50,303 nt of DNA from Thermoproteota archaeon (GCA_027491735.1 JAOZGP010000028.1:1-50303); one strand, 5' to 3'; counted from the first letter of the stretch, positions 35,179 through 45,268 are shown. Numbers and translations are program-made. The notes: generated from the sequence alone by a model not told the origin.

Positions 35179-36406
35179 GAGCAGGATTAAGGATTCAAGA
35201 TTAGCTCCGGAGGGGAGAAAAAGGGTTAAGTGGGCAGAGATGCACATGCCAGTTCTCATGAGGCTTAAGAACAAGTTCATTCGGGAGAAACCCTTTGAAG
35301 ATCTGCGAGTTTCAGCTTGTTTACACGTCACCAAGGAGACAGGGGCGCTGGTCAGGGTTCTGAAAGCTCTTGGAGCGGAGGTCTTTCTCGCGGCATCCAA
35401 TCCCCTGTCAACTCAGGACGATGTAGCTGCCTTTCTCGCTGAGGAGGGCATCCATGTAGTGGCTAAGAGGGGAGAAACTTCTGAGGAATACTTTCAGGCC
35501 ATTGAGTCCGTGTTGAAAGCTAATCCAGATCTTACGATGGATGATGGAGGCGATCTGACAGTAAAAGCTACGGAAATGGGAATTAAAGCTGTGGGAGGTA
35601 CGGAGGAAACCACAACAGGAGTCATAAGGATCAAGGCGTTGGAGAGAGAGGGCAAACTTCTTTATCCTATTATCGCAGTCAACAACGCTGAAACCAAGTG
35701 GGATTTCGATAACGTGCACGGTACAGGACAGAGTGCTCTAGATGGAGTTCTTAGAGCGACCAATATACTCATAGCTGGAAAAAAGGTCGTTGTGGCTGGT
35801 TTCGGCCATGTAGGAAGAGGGATTGCCATAAGAACGCGGGGACTTGGAGCTAGAGTGATAGTGACTGAGGTGGATCCCATAAAAGCCCTTAAGGCCGTGA
35901 TGGAGGGCTTTGATGTCATGAAGATGGAGGAAGCAGCTAAGATTGGAGATATCTTCATAACAGCTACAGGAAATAGAGATGTCATAAGGGGGGAGCATTT
36001 CAGGCTGATGAAGGATGGTGCCGTACTGGCCAATGCTGGACATTTCAACGTTGAGATCTCAGTGGATGACCTTGAGAGAATTAAGAGAGAAAAGAGATTG
36101 ATACGAAAAAACGTTGTTGAGTACGATCTAGGCGGGAAGAGGATCTATCTTCTAGCAGAGGGGCGGCTCGTAAACTTGGTAGCAGCTGAGGGACATCCAA
36201 GTGAGGTAATGGATATGAGCTTCTCCGATCAGGTACTGGCGTTGAAGTACCTGCTTGATAACAGAGGTGAACTTGAGGCCCGCGTGTACGAGCTCCCAAG
36301 GGATTTGGATTGTATGGTGGCTGAGATGAAATTGAAGAGTATGGGAATAGAAATAGACTCTCTTACAAGGGATCAGAGAGAGTACTTGAGGAGCTGGAGG
36401 GTCTGA
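35171..36406 (+). CDS. ahcY: S-adenosylhomocysteine hydrolase
   Basis: CLHVTKET, SNPLSTQD, DDGGD, EETTTG, FDN.HGTG, NAGHF, GRLVNL..AEGHP.EVMD.SF. Confidence 0.96.
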   Translation: MVESRIKDSRLAPEGRKRVKWAEMHMPVLMRLKNKFIREKPFEDLRVSACLHVTKETGALVRVLKALGAEVFLAASNPLSTQDDVAAFLAEEGIHVVAKRGETSEEYFQAIESVLKANPDLTMDDGGDLTVKATEMGIKAVGGTEETTTGVIRIKALEREGKLLYPIIAVNNAETKWDFDNVHGTGQSALDGVLRATNILIAGKKVVVAGFGHVGRGIAIRTRGLGARVIVTEVDPIKALKAVMEGFDVMKMEEAAKIGDIFITATGNRDVIRGEHFRLMKDGAVLANAGHFNVEISVDDLERIKREKRLIRKNVVEYDLGGKRIYLLAEGRLVNLVAAEGHPSEVMDMSFSDQVLALKYLLDNRGELEARVYELPRDLDCMVAEMKLKSMGIEIDSLTRDQREYLRSWRV

Positions 36407-36422
36407 CCGGCGAACGTAAACA

Positions 36423-36430
36423 TTTTATAA
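36423..36430 (+). promoter_or_regulatory. Putative TATA box of rpl12-alaS
   Basis: TTTTATAA 36 nt upstream of ATG 36466; SD-like GGTGA at 36457-36461. Confidence 0.5.
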
Positions 36431-36465
36431 GGCATTAAAGAGAACTCCTGGTTGAAGGTGATTGA

Positions 36466-36768
36466 ATGGGACTTGAGTACGTGTATGCTGCTCTGCTCTT
36501 ACATGAGCTGGGGAAATCTCCAAGTGAAGAGGATATATCCAACGTGCTTAAAGCTGCTGGAGTTGAGCCAGATGCAGCTAGGGTGAAGCAGCTCGTCGAA
36601 GCTCTTGGAAAGGTAGATCTCGACGAGCTCATATCAAAGGCGACTGCTGCTCCTGTTGTAGCCACTCCGGCTACCGCTCCACCAAGCGCTGAGTCTAAGG
36701 AAGAGAAGAAGGAGGAAGAGGAAAAGGAGGAGGTCGCTCTCGAAGGGCTTGGAGCCCTCTTCGGTTGA
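36466..36768 (+). CDS. rpl12: 50S ribosomal stalk protein P1 (L12p)
   Basis: [21 protein letters not shown], Ala/Pro hinge, acidic tail ending GLGALFG. Confidence 0.95.
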   Translation: MGLEYVYAALLLHELGKSPSEEDISNVLKAAGVEPDAARVKQLVEALGKVDLDELISKATAAPVVATPATAPPSAESKEEKKEEEEKEEVALEGLGALFG

Positions 36769-36817
36769 AGATCACCAATTTTTTATCTTTTGGCCTTCTG
36801 CTCCTCTTCGATCGAGT

Positions 36818-39550
36818 ATGCAGCTTGATCTTACTGAATCACTCAGGTTGAACTTCTTCAGGGAACATGGATACATCAGGAAGAAATGTCCCATCTGTGG
36901 AAAACACTTTTGGACCACTAATCCGGATAGAAAAACCTGTGGAGAAGCTCCCTGCGAACCTTACACTTTTATCGATCGAAAACTATTGGACAGGAGCATA
37001 GATCAGGTCAGAGAGGATTTCTTGTCCTTCATGGAAAGGGAGGGTCACACCAGGGTGAACAGATACCCTGTGGTATGCAGGTGGAGAGATGATCTGTTCT
37101 TGACAAGCGCCTCCATAGTGGACTTCCAGCCTTTCATAACCGCTGGCTTGGTGCCTCCTCCCGCCAATCCACTGACGATCTCCCAGCCATGCATAAGGAT
37201 GAAGGATGTCGACAAGGTCGGGCTCACCCTTGGGAGGCACCTCACGATTTTTGAGATGATGGCACACCACGCCTTCAATACAAGGACGGAGAAGGTTTAC
37301 TGGAAGGAGAGAACCCTCGAATTATTTCATAAATACGCATTAGAGGTGCTGGGGCTCTGTGAGGATGAGATAACATACAAGGAGGGTATCTGGAGAGGAG
37401 GAGGTAACGCCGGACCGGATGTTGAGCCCATAGCAGGAGGGTTGGAGATAGCCACCTTGGTGTTCATGGAATACAAGGAGGAAAATGGAATGCTTCGCCC
37501 AATGGAGACTAAGGTCGTCGACACTGGCTACGGTCTGGAGAGAATAACCTGGTTCCTGCGTGGAGGGCCCACAGCCTTCGACGTGGTCTACGAAGGGCTA
37601 GTTAAAAAATTCTTTGACCTTCTCGGTGTTAAGAGACCAGAAGAGAAGATCCTGCTTGAATACTCCAGAATCTCCTCCTTAATGTCGAAGATTGAGGCAG
37701 GAGAGAGCTTGTGGAGCCTTAGAAAAAGGGCTGCTGAGTCCATGGAGATGAGCCTGGAGGAGCTGGACTCCCTGCTCACACCAATGGAAATGGCCTTCGC
37801 TGTTCTGGATCACACAAAGGCCGTAGCCTTTATGCTGGCTGATGGACTGGTTCCCTCGAACGTCCAGGAGGGGTATCTGGGTAGACTGCTCATAAGAAGG
37901 ACTTTAAGACTCCTTAAGAAGCTGGAGGTCAACGTTGAATTATCCGAGCTCATCGACATGCAGCTTGATCATTGGTCCAAGGCATTTCCTGATATCTTGG
38001 AGGCCAAGGACAACATCCTAGAGATTGTGAACATGGAACAAAGGAGGTTCGAGGAAACACTGAGGCGAGGAAGAAACACTGTACTTAAGGAGGTGAAAAG
38101 AAGGAGAAAGATAGATATGGACTTCTTGATTGAGGTCTATGACTCTCACGGGATTCCCCCAGAGCTTGTTGAGGAGATAGCTAAGGAGAGAGGAATTGAA
38201 GTCAAGGTTCCTGATAACTTCTATGAACTTGTGGCAGCTAGGCATGAGAGACCTGAGATCAGGCCACCGGAGATACCTGAGAGCCTGGAGCAGATCAGGA
38301 ACTTTAAGAAAACGGAGCTCCTATTCTACGAAAACCCCTACTCGTTCGAATTCAAGGCTAAAGTTCTCGGAGTAGTTGGAGACGCCTTGATCTTGGATAG
38401 AACGATCTTTTATCCGGAGGGAGGGGGCCAACCGTGTGATATCGGTATAATAAAACATAGAAGTGGGGATTTTCATGTCTTTAACGTTGAGAAGGTTGCG
38501 GGGAGAGTTTTACATCATGTTACAGGAGATCTCTCGATGATAAGGCCAGGGGACATCGTCAGAGGTAGGATCGATTGGGATAGGAGAGCTGAGCTTATGA
38601 GAAACCACACGGCCACTCATATAATACTCGGAGCCGCTAGAAAGATCCTAGGGAAGCACGTATGGCAATCTGGAGCTCAGAAGGGTGTTTCTGAGAGCAG
38701 ACTAGATGTAACTCACTATAAGAGCTTGAGCGATGAAGATCTGCTGAAGATCGAGCTTGAGGCCAACAGGGTGATCATGGAGAACAGAGAAGTTAAGACC
38801 TTCTGGATGCCGAGAACCGACGCTGAGAAGAAGTACGGGTTTGTGCTCTACCAAGGAGGTGTGGTGCCGGATCCCATCCTCAGAGTAGTTGAGATAGAGG
38901 GGTTCAACGTACAGGCTTGCGCTGGAACACACATCAGGAGAACCGGTGAGATCGGATTTATAAAGATATGGAAATCCAGGAGGATACAGGATGGTGTTGT
39001 CAGGCTCGAGTTCAGCGCTGGGGAATCCGCCGTGAAGAGGACGAGCAGATGTTACGTTAACCTCAAGAGGATAGCAGATAAGATGGGAGTGCACCCCGAG
39101 AAGACATACGAGCACTTTGAGAAGATCCTCGAGGAGAACAGAAGATTGAGCAAGGAGTTGCATGAGGAGAGAGTCAAAAGGCTGATGGATAAATTGCACG
39201 CGACATTAGACTCAGCGGAGAGAGTGAACGACCTAAGGGCCGCAGTCTTGGAGGATGATGTCAGCGACAGGAATGCGATCATAGAAGCCTTGGATAACAT
39301 CGTCGGTGACAATAGCGATGTCATAGTCATGGTTCTTGGACCAAGGAAGGAGGGAGTTGAGTTCCACATCATAGCAGGAAAGTCCGCTGTGGATAAGGGC
39401 GTAGGCGCTAATCTCGTAGCTAAGAGACTTACTGACGAACTTGGGGGTGGTGGTGGAGGTTCCCGTATCTTGGCCAGCGGTCTGATTAAATGCTTGGATG
39501 TGAGGAGAATCAAATGCTGGTTCCTGGAGATCCTAAGGAGGACAGAATAG
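36818..39550 (+). CDS. alaS: Alanine--tRNA ligase (archaeal type)
   Basis: CPICGKHFWT..CGE.PC, RWRDD...ASI.DFQP, SQPCIR, FEMMAHHAFN, VDTGYGLER, DHT, editing HTATH and CAGTH, C-terminal GGGGGGS. Confidence 0.96.
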   Translation: MQLDLTESLRLNFFREHGYIRKKCPICGKHFWTTNPDRKTCGEAPCEPYTFIDRKLLDRSIDQVREDFLSFMEREGHTRVNRYPVVCRWRDDLFLTSASIVDFQPFITAGLVPPPANPLTISQPCIRMKDVDKVGLTLGRHLTIFEMMAHHAFNTRTEKVYWKERTLELFHKYALEVLGLCEDEITYKEGIWRGGGNAGPDVEPIAGGLEIATLVFMEYKEENGMLRPMETKVVDTGYGLERITWFLRGGPTAFDVVYEGLVKKFFDLLGVKRPEEKILLEYSRISSLMSKIEAGESLWSLRKRAAESMEMSLEELDSLLTPMEMAFAVLDHTKAVAFMLADGLVPSNVQEGYLGRLLIRRTLRLLKKLEVNVELSELIDMQLDHWSKAFPDILEAKDNILEIVNMEQRRFEETLRRGRNTVLKEVKRRRKIDMDFLIEVYDSHGIPPELVEEIAKERGIEVKVPDNFYELVAARHERPEIRPPEIPESLEQIRNFKKTELLFYENPYSFEFKAKVLGVVGDALILDRTIFYPEGGGQPCDIGIIKHRSGDFHVFNVEKVAGRVLHHVTGDLSMIRPGDIVRGRIDWDRRAELMRNHTATHIILGAARKILGKHVWQSGAQKGVSESRLDVTHYKSLSDEDLLKIELEANRVIMENREVKTFWMPRTDAEKKYGFVLYQGGVVPDPILRVVEIEGFNVQACAGTHIRRTGEIGFIKIWKSRRIQDGVVRLEFSAGESAVKRTSRCYVNLKRIADKMGVHPEKTYEHFEKILEENRRLSKELHEERVKRLMDKLHATLDSAERVNDLRAAVLEDDVSDRNAIIEALDNIVGDNSDVIVMVLGPRKEGVEFHIIAGKSAVDKGVGANLVAKRLTDELGGGGGGSRILASGLIKCLDVRRIKCWFLEILRRTE

Positions 39551-40173
39551 TCCTAGCATCCAAAGAGCTTAAGGTTCTGGCTGCCCTGGGATACAGCATG
39601 AACCAGTCCATTAGGATGGTCTCGGAAAAGCTCCAGCTCAGAAGGGAAGAGATATTCGCTGTCAGGAAGGTGATGCGGTGGCCGGACGAAGCTCTAAGAA
39701 ACGCCATAAAGAAGATTCCCCCCTGGCTTGTCGAGGAGCGGATCCTGAGGATCGATGGATATAACGTCCTTCAAACAATAGATGCTCTGTTATCCGGAGA
39801 ACCGGTGTACTTATCAACAGATGGATTTTTGAGGGACATCAGATCTTCTTACCGTTCTCCGAAAAGGATCCACCTGGAGAGAGCTCTCAACGTTCTTGTC
39901 AGCGAGCTCAGTTCGCTATCACCACGTGAAGTTGAGATCGTGTTTGACAGTCAGATCTCGAGAAGCGGAGAGCTCGCTAGAAAAGCCACTGAGGAGATCT
40001 CCTCGGTGGGGCTTAGAGGGAGGGGAATCAGCGAGAAATCTGTTGATCTGTATGTTTCGGATGCAGAGGTATCTGCTAGCAGCGATTCGGTGATTATATC
40101 GAAGGCTAAAGCAGTGGTAGACCTACCAGAGCTGGTTCTTCAGCGAGTTGGAGGGAGGGCCATCTGGATATAA
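39514..40173 (+). CDS. DUF434-family protein
   Basis: LGY......V.....L, IDGYNVL.TI, DGFLRD, D..IS.SGELA, VD, SSDSVII. Start uncertain. Confidence 0.75.
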   Translation: MLVPGDPKEDRIVLASKELKVLAALGYSMNQSIRMVSEKLQLRREEIFAVRKVMRWPDEALRNAIKKIPPWLVEERILRIDGYNVLQTIDALLSGEPVYLSTDGFLRDIRSSYRSPKRIHLERALNVLVSELSSLSPREVEIVFDSQISRSGELARKATEEISSVGLRGRGISEKSVDLYVSDAEVSASSDSVIISKAKAVVDLPELVLQRVGGRAIWI

Positions 40174-40211
40174 CTTTTTGAGTAAGAAAGAGGCCTCAGA
40201 GAAGGGTTTCC

Positions 40212-41228
40212 ATGAAACTTCCAAGGACTGTTGACTGGGTGGAGGGAAAGGTTGTCCTCATAGATCAAAGAGCCCTGCCAGAGAAGCTGACCTTTGTGGA
40301 GTGTGAGTCTGTGGACTGTGTCACTGAAGCCATAAAGAAGATGATCGTGAGGGGGGCTCCAGCTATAGGAGTCGCCGCTGCCCTAGGGTTGATTCTCTCT
40401 CTTAAGGAAGGACCTTCGTACGATAACCTGGTGAGAGCGGCAGAAAAACTTAAGAGAACGAGACCAACGGCCATTAATCTTTTCTGGGCGATAGGAAGAG
40501 TTCTTAGTAGAGCCAAGTCGGCGATATCGATGGGTGAGGATCTGTATCATGCCGTAGAGGATGAGGCCCTCAGGATTCTTGAGGAGGACGAGAGAACCAA
40601 TAGGAGGATAGGTGAAGTAGGATCTGAGTTGATAGAGGATGGGTCCACTGTCATGACGATATGCAACGCTGGATCCTTTGCTACAGTGAGATACGGAACC
40701 GCCCTGGCTCCAATTTACGTTGCCAAGGAGAGAGGAAAGGACGTCACTGTGGTAGCGCTTGAGACGAGACCTGTACTTCAGGGAGCGCGGATTACAGCAT
40801 TTGAGCTCGGTCTCGAGGGAATTCCCGTTAAGTTGATAGTGGATGGAGCTTCCGGTTATTTTATGAGAAATCACGAGGTCGATCTGGTGATTGTGGGGGC
40901 TGACAGGATACTTCGCGATGGAACCCTCTACAACAAGATAGGAACCTACAGCTTAGCAATAGTTTCTCGACATCACAGAGTTCCCTTCTACGCAGCTGCA
41001 CCGACCTCCACAATAGACATGAGCTCTAAGAAGGAGGATGTTATCATAGAGATGAGGGATCCCTCGGAGGTGATGTTCATGGCAGGCAGGAGGATCGCTC
41101 CTGAATCAGCTGAAGTCCTAAATCCAGCCTTTGATGAGACCCCACCCGATCTTGTGACCGGAATAATAACAGAAAAAGGGCTGATTAGGCCCCCCTTCGA
41201 GGAGAGCCTTAGGTCGGTAATGTGCTAG
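40212..41228 (+). CDS. mtnA: Methylthioribose-1-phosphate isomerase
   Basis: DQR.LP, VRGAPAIG, RPTA.NL, T.CNAG..AT..GTAL, ETRP.LQGAR.TA.EL, GADR, NKIGTY, NPAFD.TP. Confidence 0.92.
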   Translation: MKLPRTVDWVEGKVVLIDQRALPEKLTFVECESVDCVTEAIKKMIVRGAPAIGVAAALGLILSLKEGPSYDNLVRAAEKLKRTRPTAINLFWAIGRVLSRAKSAISMGEDLYHAVEDEALRILEEDERTNRRIGEVGSELIEDGSTVMTICNAGSFATVRYGTALAPIYVAKERGKDVTVVALETRPVLQGARITAFELGLEGIPVKLIVDGASGYFMRNHEVDLVIVGADRILRDGTLYNKIGTYSLAIVSRHHRVPFYAAAPTSTIDMSSKKEDVIIEMRDPSEVMFMAGRRIAPESAEVLNPAFDETPPDLVTGIITEKGLIRPPFEESLRSVMC

Positions 41229-41229
41229 C

Positions 41230-42228
41230 TTAAAAGCCTGGTTTTCTCACCTTAACGACATCCTTGTTGACCAAGGTAGGCGGTACCTTACCATTCTTGA
41301 ACGTTATGAGGTTTTCTGCCACTATCTCAGCCATTTTGCTCCTGGTGTCAAAGCTCGCACTGGCGATGTGTGGAGTGAGTATCACGTTCTCCAAGGTTAG
41401 GAGAGGATCATCTGGAGGTAGAGGTTCCTCTTCGAAGACATCTAACGCTGCTCCAGCTATCCACTTCTCCTTTAGAGCTTTGTAGAGGGCCTTCTGATCT
41501 ACGACCTTGCCCCTGGAGGTGTTGATTAGGTAGGCAGTGGGCTTCATCATCCTAAGCTCTCTCTCGCCTACCAGATGATACGTATCCTTTGTCAGAGGGG
41601 TGTGGAGCGAAACGAAGTCTGACTCCTTGAGGAGCGTCTCTAGATCAACATACTCCACTCCTAATTCCTTCTCCAGATCATGTCTGCGCATGACGTCGTA
41701 GTAGAGGACCCTCATATTGAAGCCTCTCTTCATCCTTCTGGCAACAGCTGAGCCTATTCTGCCAAGGCCAACTATCCCTATAGTCTTCCCATGTACGTCC
41801 CGACCCAGAAACATCAGGGGATGCCACCCCACTCTCCATTTTCCAGATCGTACATACTTGTCGGCTTCGACAACCCTCCTAGCTATGGAGAAGAGAAGAG
41901 CAACAGCGAAGTCAGCGGTGGTCTCTGTCAAGACACCCGGAGTATTCGTCACGTAAATTCCTTTTCTTGTAGCGGCTTCCAGATCTATGTTATCGAACCC
42001 GACAGCGTACTGAGCAATTATACGGAGACCTGGTGCGGCCTCCATGACCTCTTCGTCTATTGGATCTGTTAGAAGGGAGACAAGCGCTTGCTTATCCTTT
42101 ATCCTGTTTATGATCTCCTCCTTCGAAGGAGGAGCCTCTCCTGGCCAGAGCTCGACCTCAAAATTTTCTCTTATCCTGGATAATCCCCTCTCGGGTATCT
42201 TCCTGGTCATAAACAGCTTGGGCTTCAA
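41230..42228 (-). CDS. gyaR: Glyoxylate reductase (D-2-hydroxyacid dehydrogenase)
   Basis: [43 protein letters not shown]. Confidence 0.92.
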   Translation of the reverse strand: MKPKLFMTRKIPERGLSRIRENFEVELWPGEAPPSKEEIINRIKDKQALVSLLTDPIDEEVMEAAPGLRIIAQYAVGFDNIDLEAATRKGIYVTNTPGVLTETTADFAVALLFSIARRVVEADKYVRSGKWRVGWHPLMFLGRDVHGKTIGIVGLGRIGSAVARRMKRGFNMRVLYYDVMRRHDLEKELGVEYVDLETLLKESDFVSLHTPLTKDTYHLVGERELRMMKPTAYLINTSRGKVVDQKALYKALKEKWIAGAALDVFEEEPLPPDDPLLTLENVILTPHIASASFDTRSKMAEIVAENLITFKNGKVPPTLVNKDVVKVRKPGF

Positions 42229-42419
42229 GGTTCCTCACTGCAATGAATTCCCGAGAAAAGTGATAAAGATTTATTGGGGTCAGTTAAGTCTGTGGTTGAG
42301 CGTTGTTGTGAGAATCTTTGGTTGGAGATCAGGACCCGTGACGGAAAAATTTTATCAGAGTCTCCCACGCCAACTTTTATATTCTTGAGTCAGGAGATTT
42401 TTTCAGGGATCAGGCAGAT

Positions 42420-43397
42420 ATGCCCGAAGAGAAGGATGAGGAGCAGGTTCAGGAGGAGATCTCCGACGACCTGACAGAGCTCGAGGGAGTAGGACCAGTC
42501 ACAGCTAAGAGGTTGATAGGCGCGGGATATACTACATTGGAATCCCTCGTCCTGGCAACAAGCTCTGAACTAGCTGCTGCTACTGGGATCACGGAGTCCG
42601 CTGCTAGAAAAATAATAGCTGCTGCCAGAAAGAGACTAAACGTTGAGGTGATGTCCGCCTACGACTATTACCTTCAGAGGAAATCAGTACAGAGGATAAC
42701 AACCGGTTCCAGAAAGCTGGATGACCTTCTCGGTGGAGGTATTGAGACTCAGGCCATCACTGAGATATACGGACCTTACGGGTCTGGAAAAACCCAGCTC
42801 TGCCATCAAGTCGCTGTAACAGTGCAACTTCCTCCTGAAAAGGGAGGGCTTGGAAGAACAACTCTTTTCATAGACACTGAAGGTACTTTTAGACCGGAAA
42901 GGATAGTTCAGATCGCTGAGAGGTTCGAACTTGATTCTGAGGAGGCCTTGAAGGCCATTCTGTATGCTAGAGCCTTCACAAGTGATCATCAGATGATAGT
43001 AACGGAGAAGGCTGAATCCTTGATGAAGGAAAGGGATATAGGGATAATAATAGTTGATTCGTTGATAAGCCACTTCAGGGGCGAGTACGTCGGTAGAGAG
43101 TCGTTAGCAGCCAGACAACAGAAGCTGAACAGATATTTACACAAGCTGTTGAAGCTTGCTCTGGGTTATAACGCCGCCGTACTCGTCACAAATCAGGTAG
43201 TAGCAGATCCAGGAACATTCTTCGGTGATCCAAACAAACCAGCAGGAGGGCATGTGCTCGGCCACGGGGTAACTGCCAGGCTTTACATAAGGAGGGCAAA
43301 GAAGGGACTCAGACAGATAACTCTTGTGAAAAGCCCTTACCTACCCGAAGCTTCTATTGAGGTCAAGATAACAGAAAGAGGAGTGGAGGACGCTTAG
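42420..43397 (+). CDS. radA: DNA repair/recombination protein RadA (no intein)
   Basis: N-terminal HhH GVGP.TA, GGGIET, GPYGSGKTQ, DTEGTFRPER, DS...HFR.EY.GR..L..RQQ, TNQV, GGHVL.H. Confidence 0.97.
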   Translation: MPEEKDEEQVQEEISDDLTELEGVGPVTAKRLIGAGYTTLESLVLATSSELAAATGITESAARKIIAAARKRLNVEVMSAYDYYLQRKSVQRITTGSRKLDDLLGGGIETQAITEIYGPYGSGKTQLCHQVAVTVQLPPEKGGLGRTTLFIDTEGTFRPERIVQIAERFELDSEEALKAILYARAFTSDHQMIVTEKAESLMKERDIGIIIVDSLISHFRGEYVGRESLAARQQKLNRYLHKLLKLALGYNAAVLVTNQVVADPGTFFGDPNKPAGGHVLGHGVTARLYIRRAKKGLRQITLVKSPYLPEASIEVKITERGVEDA

Positions 43398-43404
43398 GAT
43401 AATT

Positions 43405-44115
43405 CTATAGAATTTCTCCTCTCTCATATAGGGTTTTCCTCCTGTTGAACTCCTCCACCGTGGATATCTTTCTAGCAGGCACCCCAGCCACGACCGAACC
43501 AGGCTCGACGTCCTTTGTGACAACAGACCCCGCTGCTACAACGGATTCCTCCCCTATACACACTCCAGATATCAGCGTGGAGTTGGCACCTATCACCGCG
43601 CGCGACCCTATAGTTACACCCACCAACCTCTTACTTGGCGGGTATCTGTCGTTTGTTATCACCACAAAGGGACCCAAGAACACATAGTCACCGATCACGG
43701 TCTCGGGAGGGATGTAGTTTCCGCTCTGTATGCTTACGTTCCGGCCTATTTTCACCCTGCCATCCACTATGGTGTTAGAGCCTATCAGGGTCTCCTCTCC
43801 TATCACGGTGTCCTCCCTTATCATGACGTGATGTCCTGTCTTCACCCTCCTGGAGATGGAGACTCCCTCGTATATCACGCTATGGCTTCTTATGAAGCAG
43901 TTGTCCCCTATGAGGGATCCCTCGCTCACCTCATCATAGAGATCCAGAGAGAGCTTGTTAAGGTCCTTTATTTTTTGATATCTGGGATATCCGATTATCG
44001 TTCCTAGTCCAAGCACTGTTCCCCTCCCTATCCTCGAGGTGCCCAGGACGAAGCACCCACCCTCGAGAAGAGCTCCATCCAAGCAAGCCTTTTTAGAGAG
44101 ATATCCAGACAACAT
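43405..44115 (-). CDS. Hexapeptide-repeat (left-handed beta-helix) acyltransferase
   Basis: Repeated IG/VG hexads, GP.VV.TND.YP, IGANST, AAGSVVTKDV, GVPAR. ATG 44115 preferred as start. Confidence 0.88.
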   Translation of the reverse strand: MLSGYLSKKACLDGALLEGGCFVLGTSRIGRGTVLGLGTIIGYPRYQKIKDLNKLSLDLYDEVSEGSLIGDNCFIRSHSVIYEGVSISRRVKTGHHVMIREDTVIGEETLIGSNTIVDGRVKIGRNVSIQSGNYIPPETVIGDYVFLGPFVVITNDRYPPSKRLVGVTIGSRAVIGANSTLISGVCIGEESVVAAGSVVTKDVEPGSVVAGVPARKISTVEEFNRRKTLYERGEIL

Positions 44116-44124
44116 ACGAGTGAT

Positions 44125-44358
44125 GTGTTCGTGAGATATATTAAGGTGCACGTTAACGGGAACACCCTCATCGTGCCCCTCAACACGAGATGTGAGGATC
44201 TCATGAAGATCCTAAGGTTGAACAAAGAGGCTTATCTGCCTATAATTGAGAGGAAACCCCGTCCGGACGATTGCTATCTGAATGATGGCGATGAGATCCA
44301 TTTGATCAGAATAACAATCCACGAAGAGTCGGTGACTAAGGATGAGAAGGGTCTGTGA
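44125..44358 (+). CDS. ThiS/MoaD/TtuB-like ubiquitin-fold protein lacking the C-terminal GG
   Basis: IKVHVNG, T..DL...L.L, P.D..LNDGDEI.LI. Directly upstream of and overlapping ttuA. Confidence 0.7.
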   Translation: MFVRYIKVHVNGNTLIVPLNTRCEDLMKILRLNKEAYLPIIERKPRPDDCYLNDGDEIHLIRITIHEESVTKDEKGL

Positions 44359-45268
44359 TCTCTGTGGTTGTTCTGAAGCAGTAGTAACGTCGAGTTATGG
44401 TAAAGCTATGTGTAAAGATTGTCTTGAGAGATCTATCATCAGGAGGTCCTTTGCTGAGCTCAGGACAGGTATATCTGAAGGAGATCTTGTCGTAGTTGCA
44501 CTATCAGGAGGAAAGGATAGCTCCTTAGCCCTATGGTGCATTTACAAGTACAGAGAATTGAGCTCCGTTGAGTTCGCATTGAAGGCAGTCACTATAGATG
44601 AGGGAAGCCCGTACAGAAGACATGCCATAGAGGCAGCCAGATCGCTGTGCAAGGAACTGGAGGTGGAGCACGTGCTTGTCAACATGAGAGATTATCAAGG
44701 CATCTCGGTCTCCGACCTACTCCGCTTAGAACACTTACCCAATAAAAGAAGTATGTGCACCTACTGCGGTGTTCTCAGAAGGCAGACTCTGAACATCGTC
44801 GCTAGGAAGTTGGGAGCGAACAAGGTCGTAACAGGTCACAACTTAGATGATATCATACAGACCTTTTTCATGAACATGGTTCGTGGAGATGTCAACGCCC
44901 TGGCTAGGTTTCTCAGCAGGGCTACCCCTATAAGAGAGCTGATACCTAGGGTTCGACCACTTCTCATGATCAGGGAGAAGGAGATAGCTGCTTTTGTGGC
45001 TGCAAAAGGAATAACAGCTCATTTTGGCAAGTGCCCTATGGTCAGAGGAATGAGGATCCGGATGAGGAGGGCTCTAGACGAGCTTGAAGTTTCCAGTGTA
45101 GGTTTCAAGTCAAAGATCCTTCCCAACATGATAAAGATTCTTGATAAAGCTAGATCTGATCTGAGTATGAGACTGAACTTGCACGTCTGTGAGAGGTGTG
45201 GGGAGCCAAGTGCGGAGAGAATATGTAAGGCCTGCCAGCTCAAGATGGAGCTCAGAGGCCTCATCTGA
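44342..45268 (+). CDS. ttuA: tRNA 2-thiolation enzyme (TtuA/NcsA/Ctu1 family)
   Basis: N-terminal CxxC..CxxC, PP-loop SGGKDS, CTYC, GHNLDD, R.RPL, CP, C-terminal CERCGEP....CKAC. Confidence 0.88.
   Translation: MRRVCDLCGCSEAVVTSSYGKAMCKDCLERSIIRRSFAELRTGISEGDLVVVALSGGKDSSLALWCIYKYRELSSVEFALKAVTIDEGSPYRRHAIEAARSLCKELEVEHVLVNMRDYQGISVSDLLRLEHLPNKRSMCTYCGVLRRQTLNIVARKLGANKVVTGHNLDDIIQTFFMNMVRGDVNALARFLSRATPIRELIPRVRPLLMIREKEIAAFVAAKGITAHFGKCPMVRGMRIRMRRALDELEVSSVGFKSKILPNMIKILDKARSDLSMRLNLHVCERCGEPSAERICKACQLKMELRGLI

Noticed and set aside
36749-36817. Extended N-termini in the ORF track (alaS 36749; also 5089, 7492, 29719, 31392, 44151, 45287)
   Set aside because: They overlap neighbouring genes or promoters; downstream ATGs fit family N-termini better.
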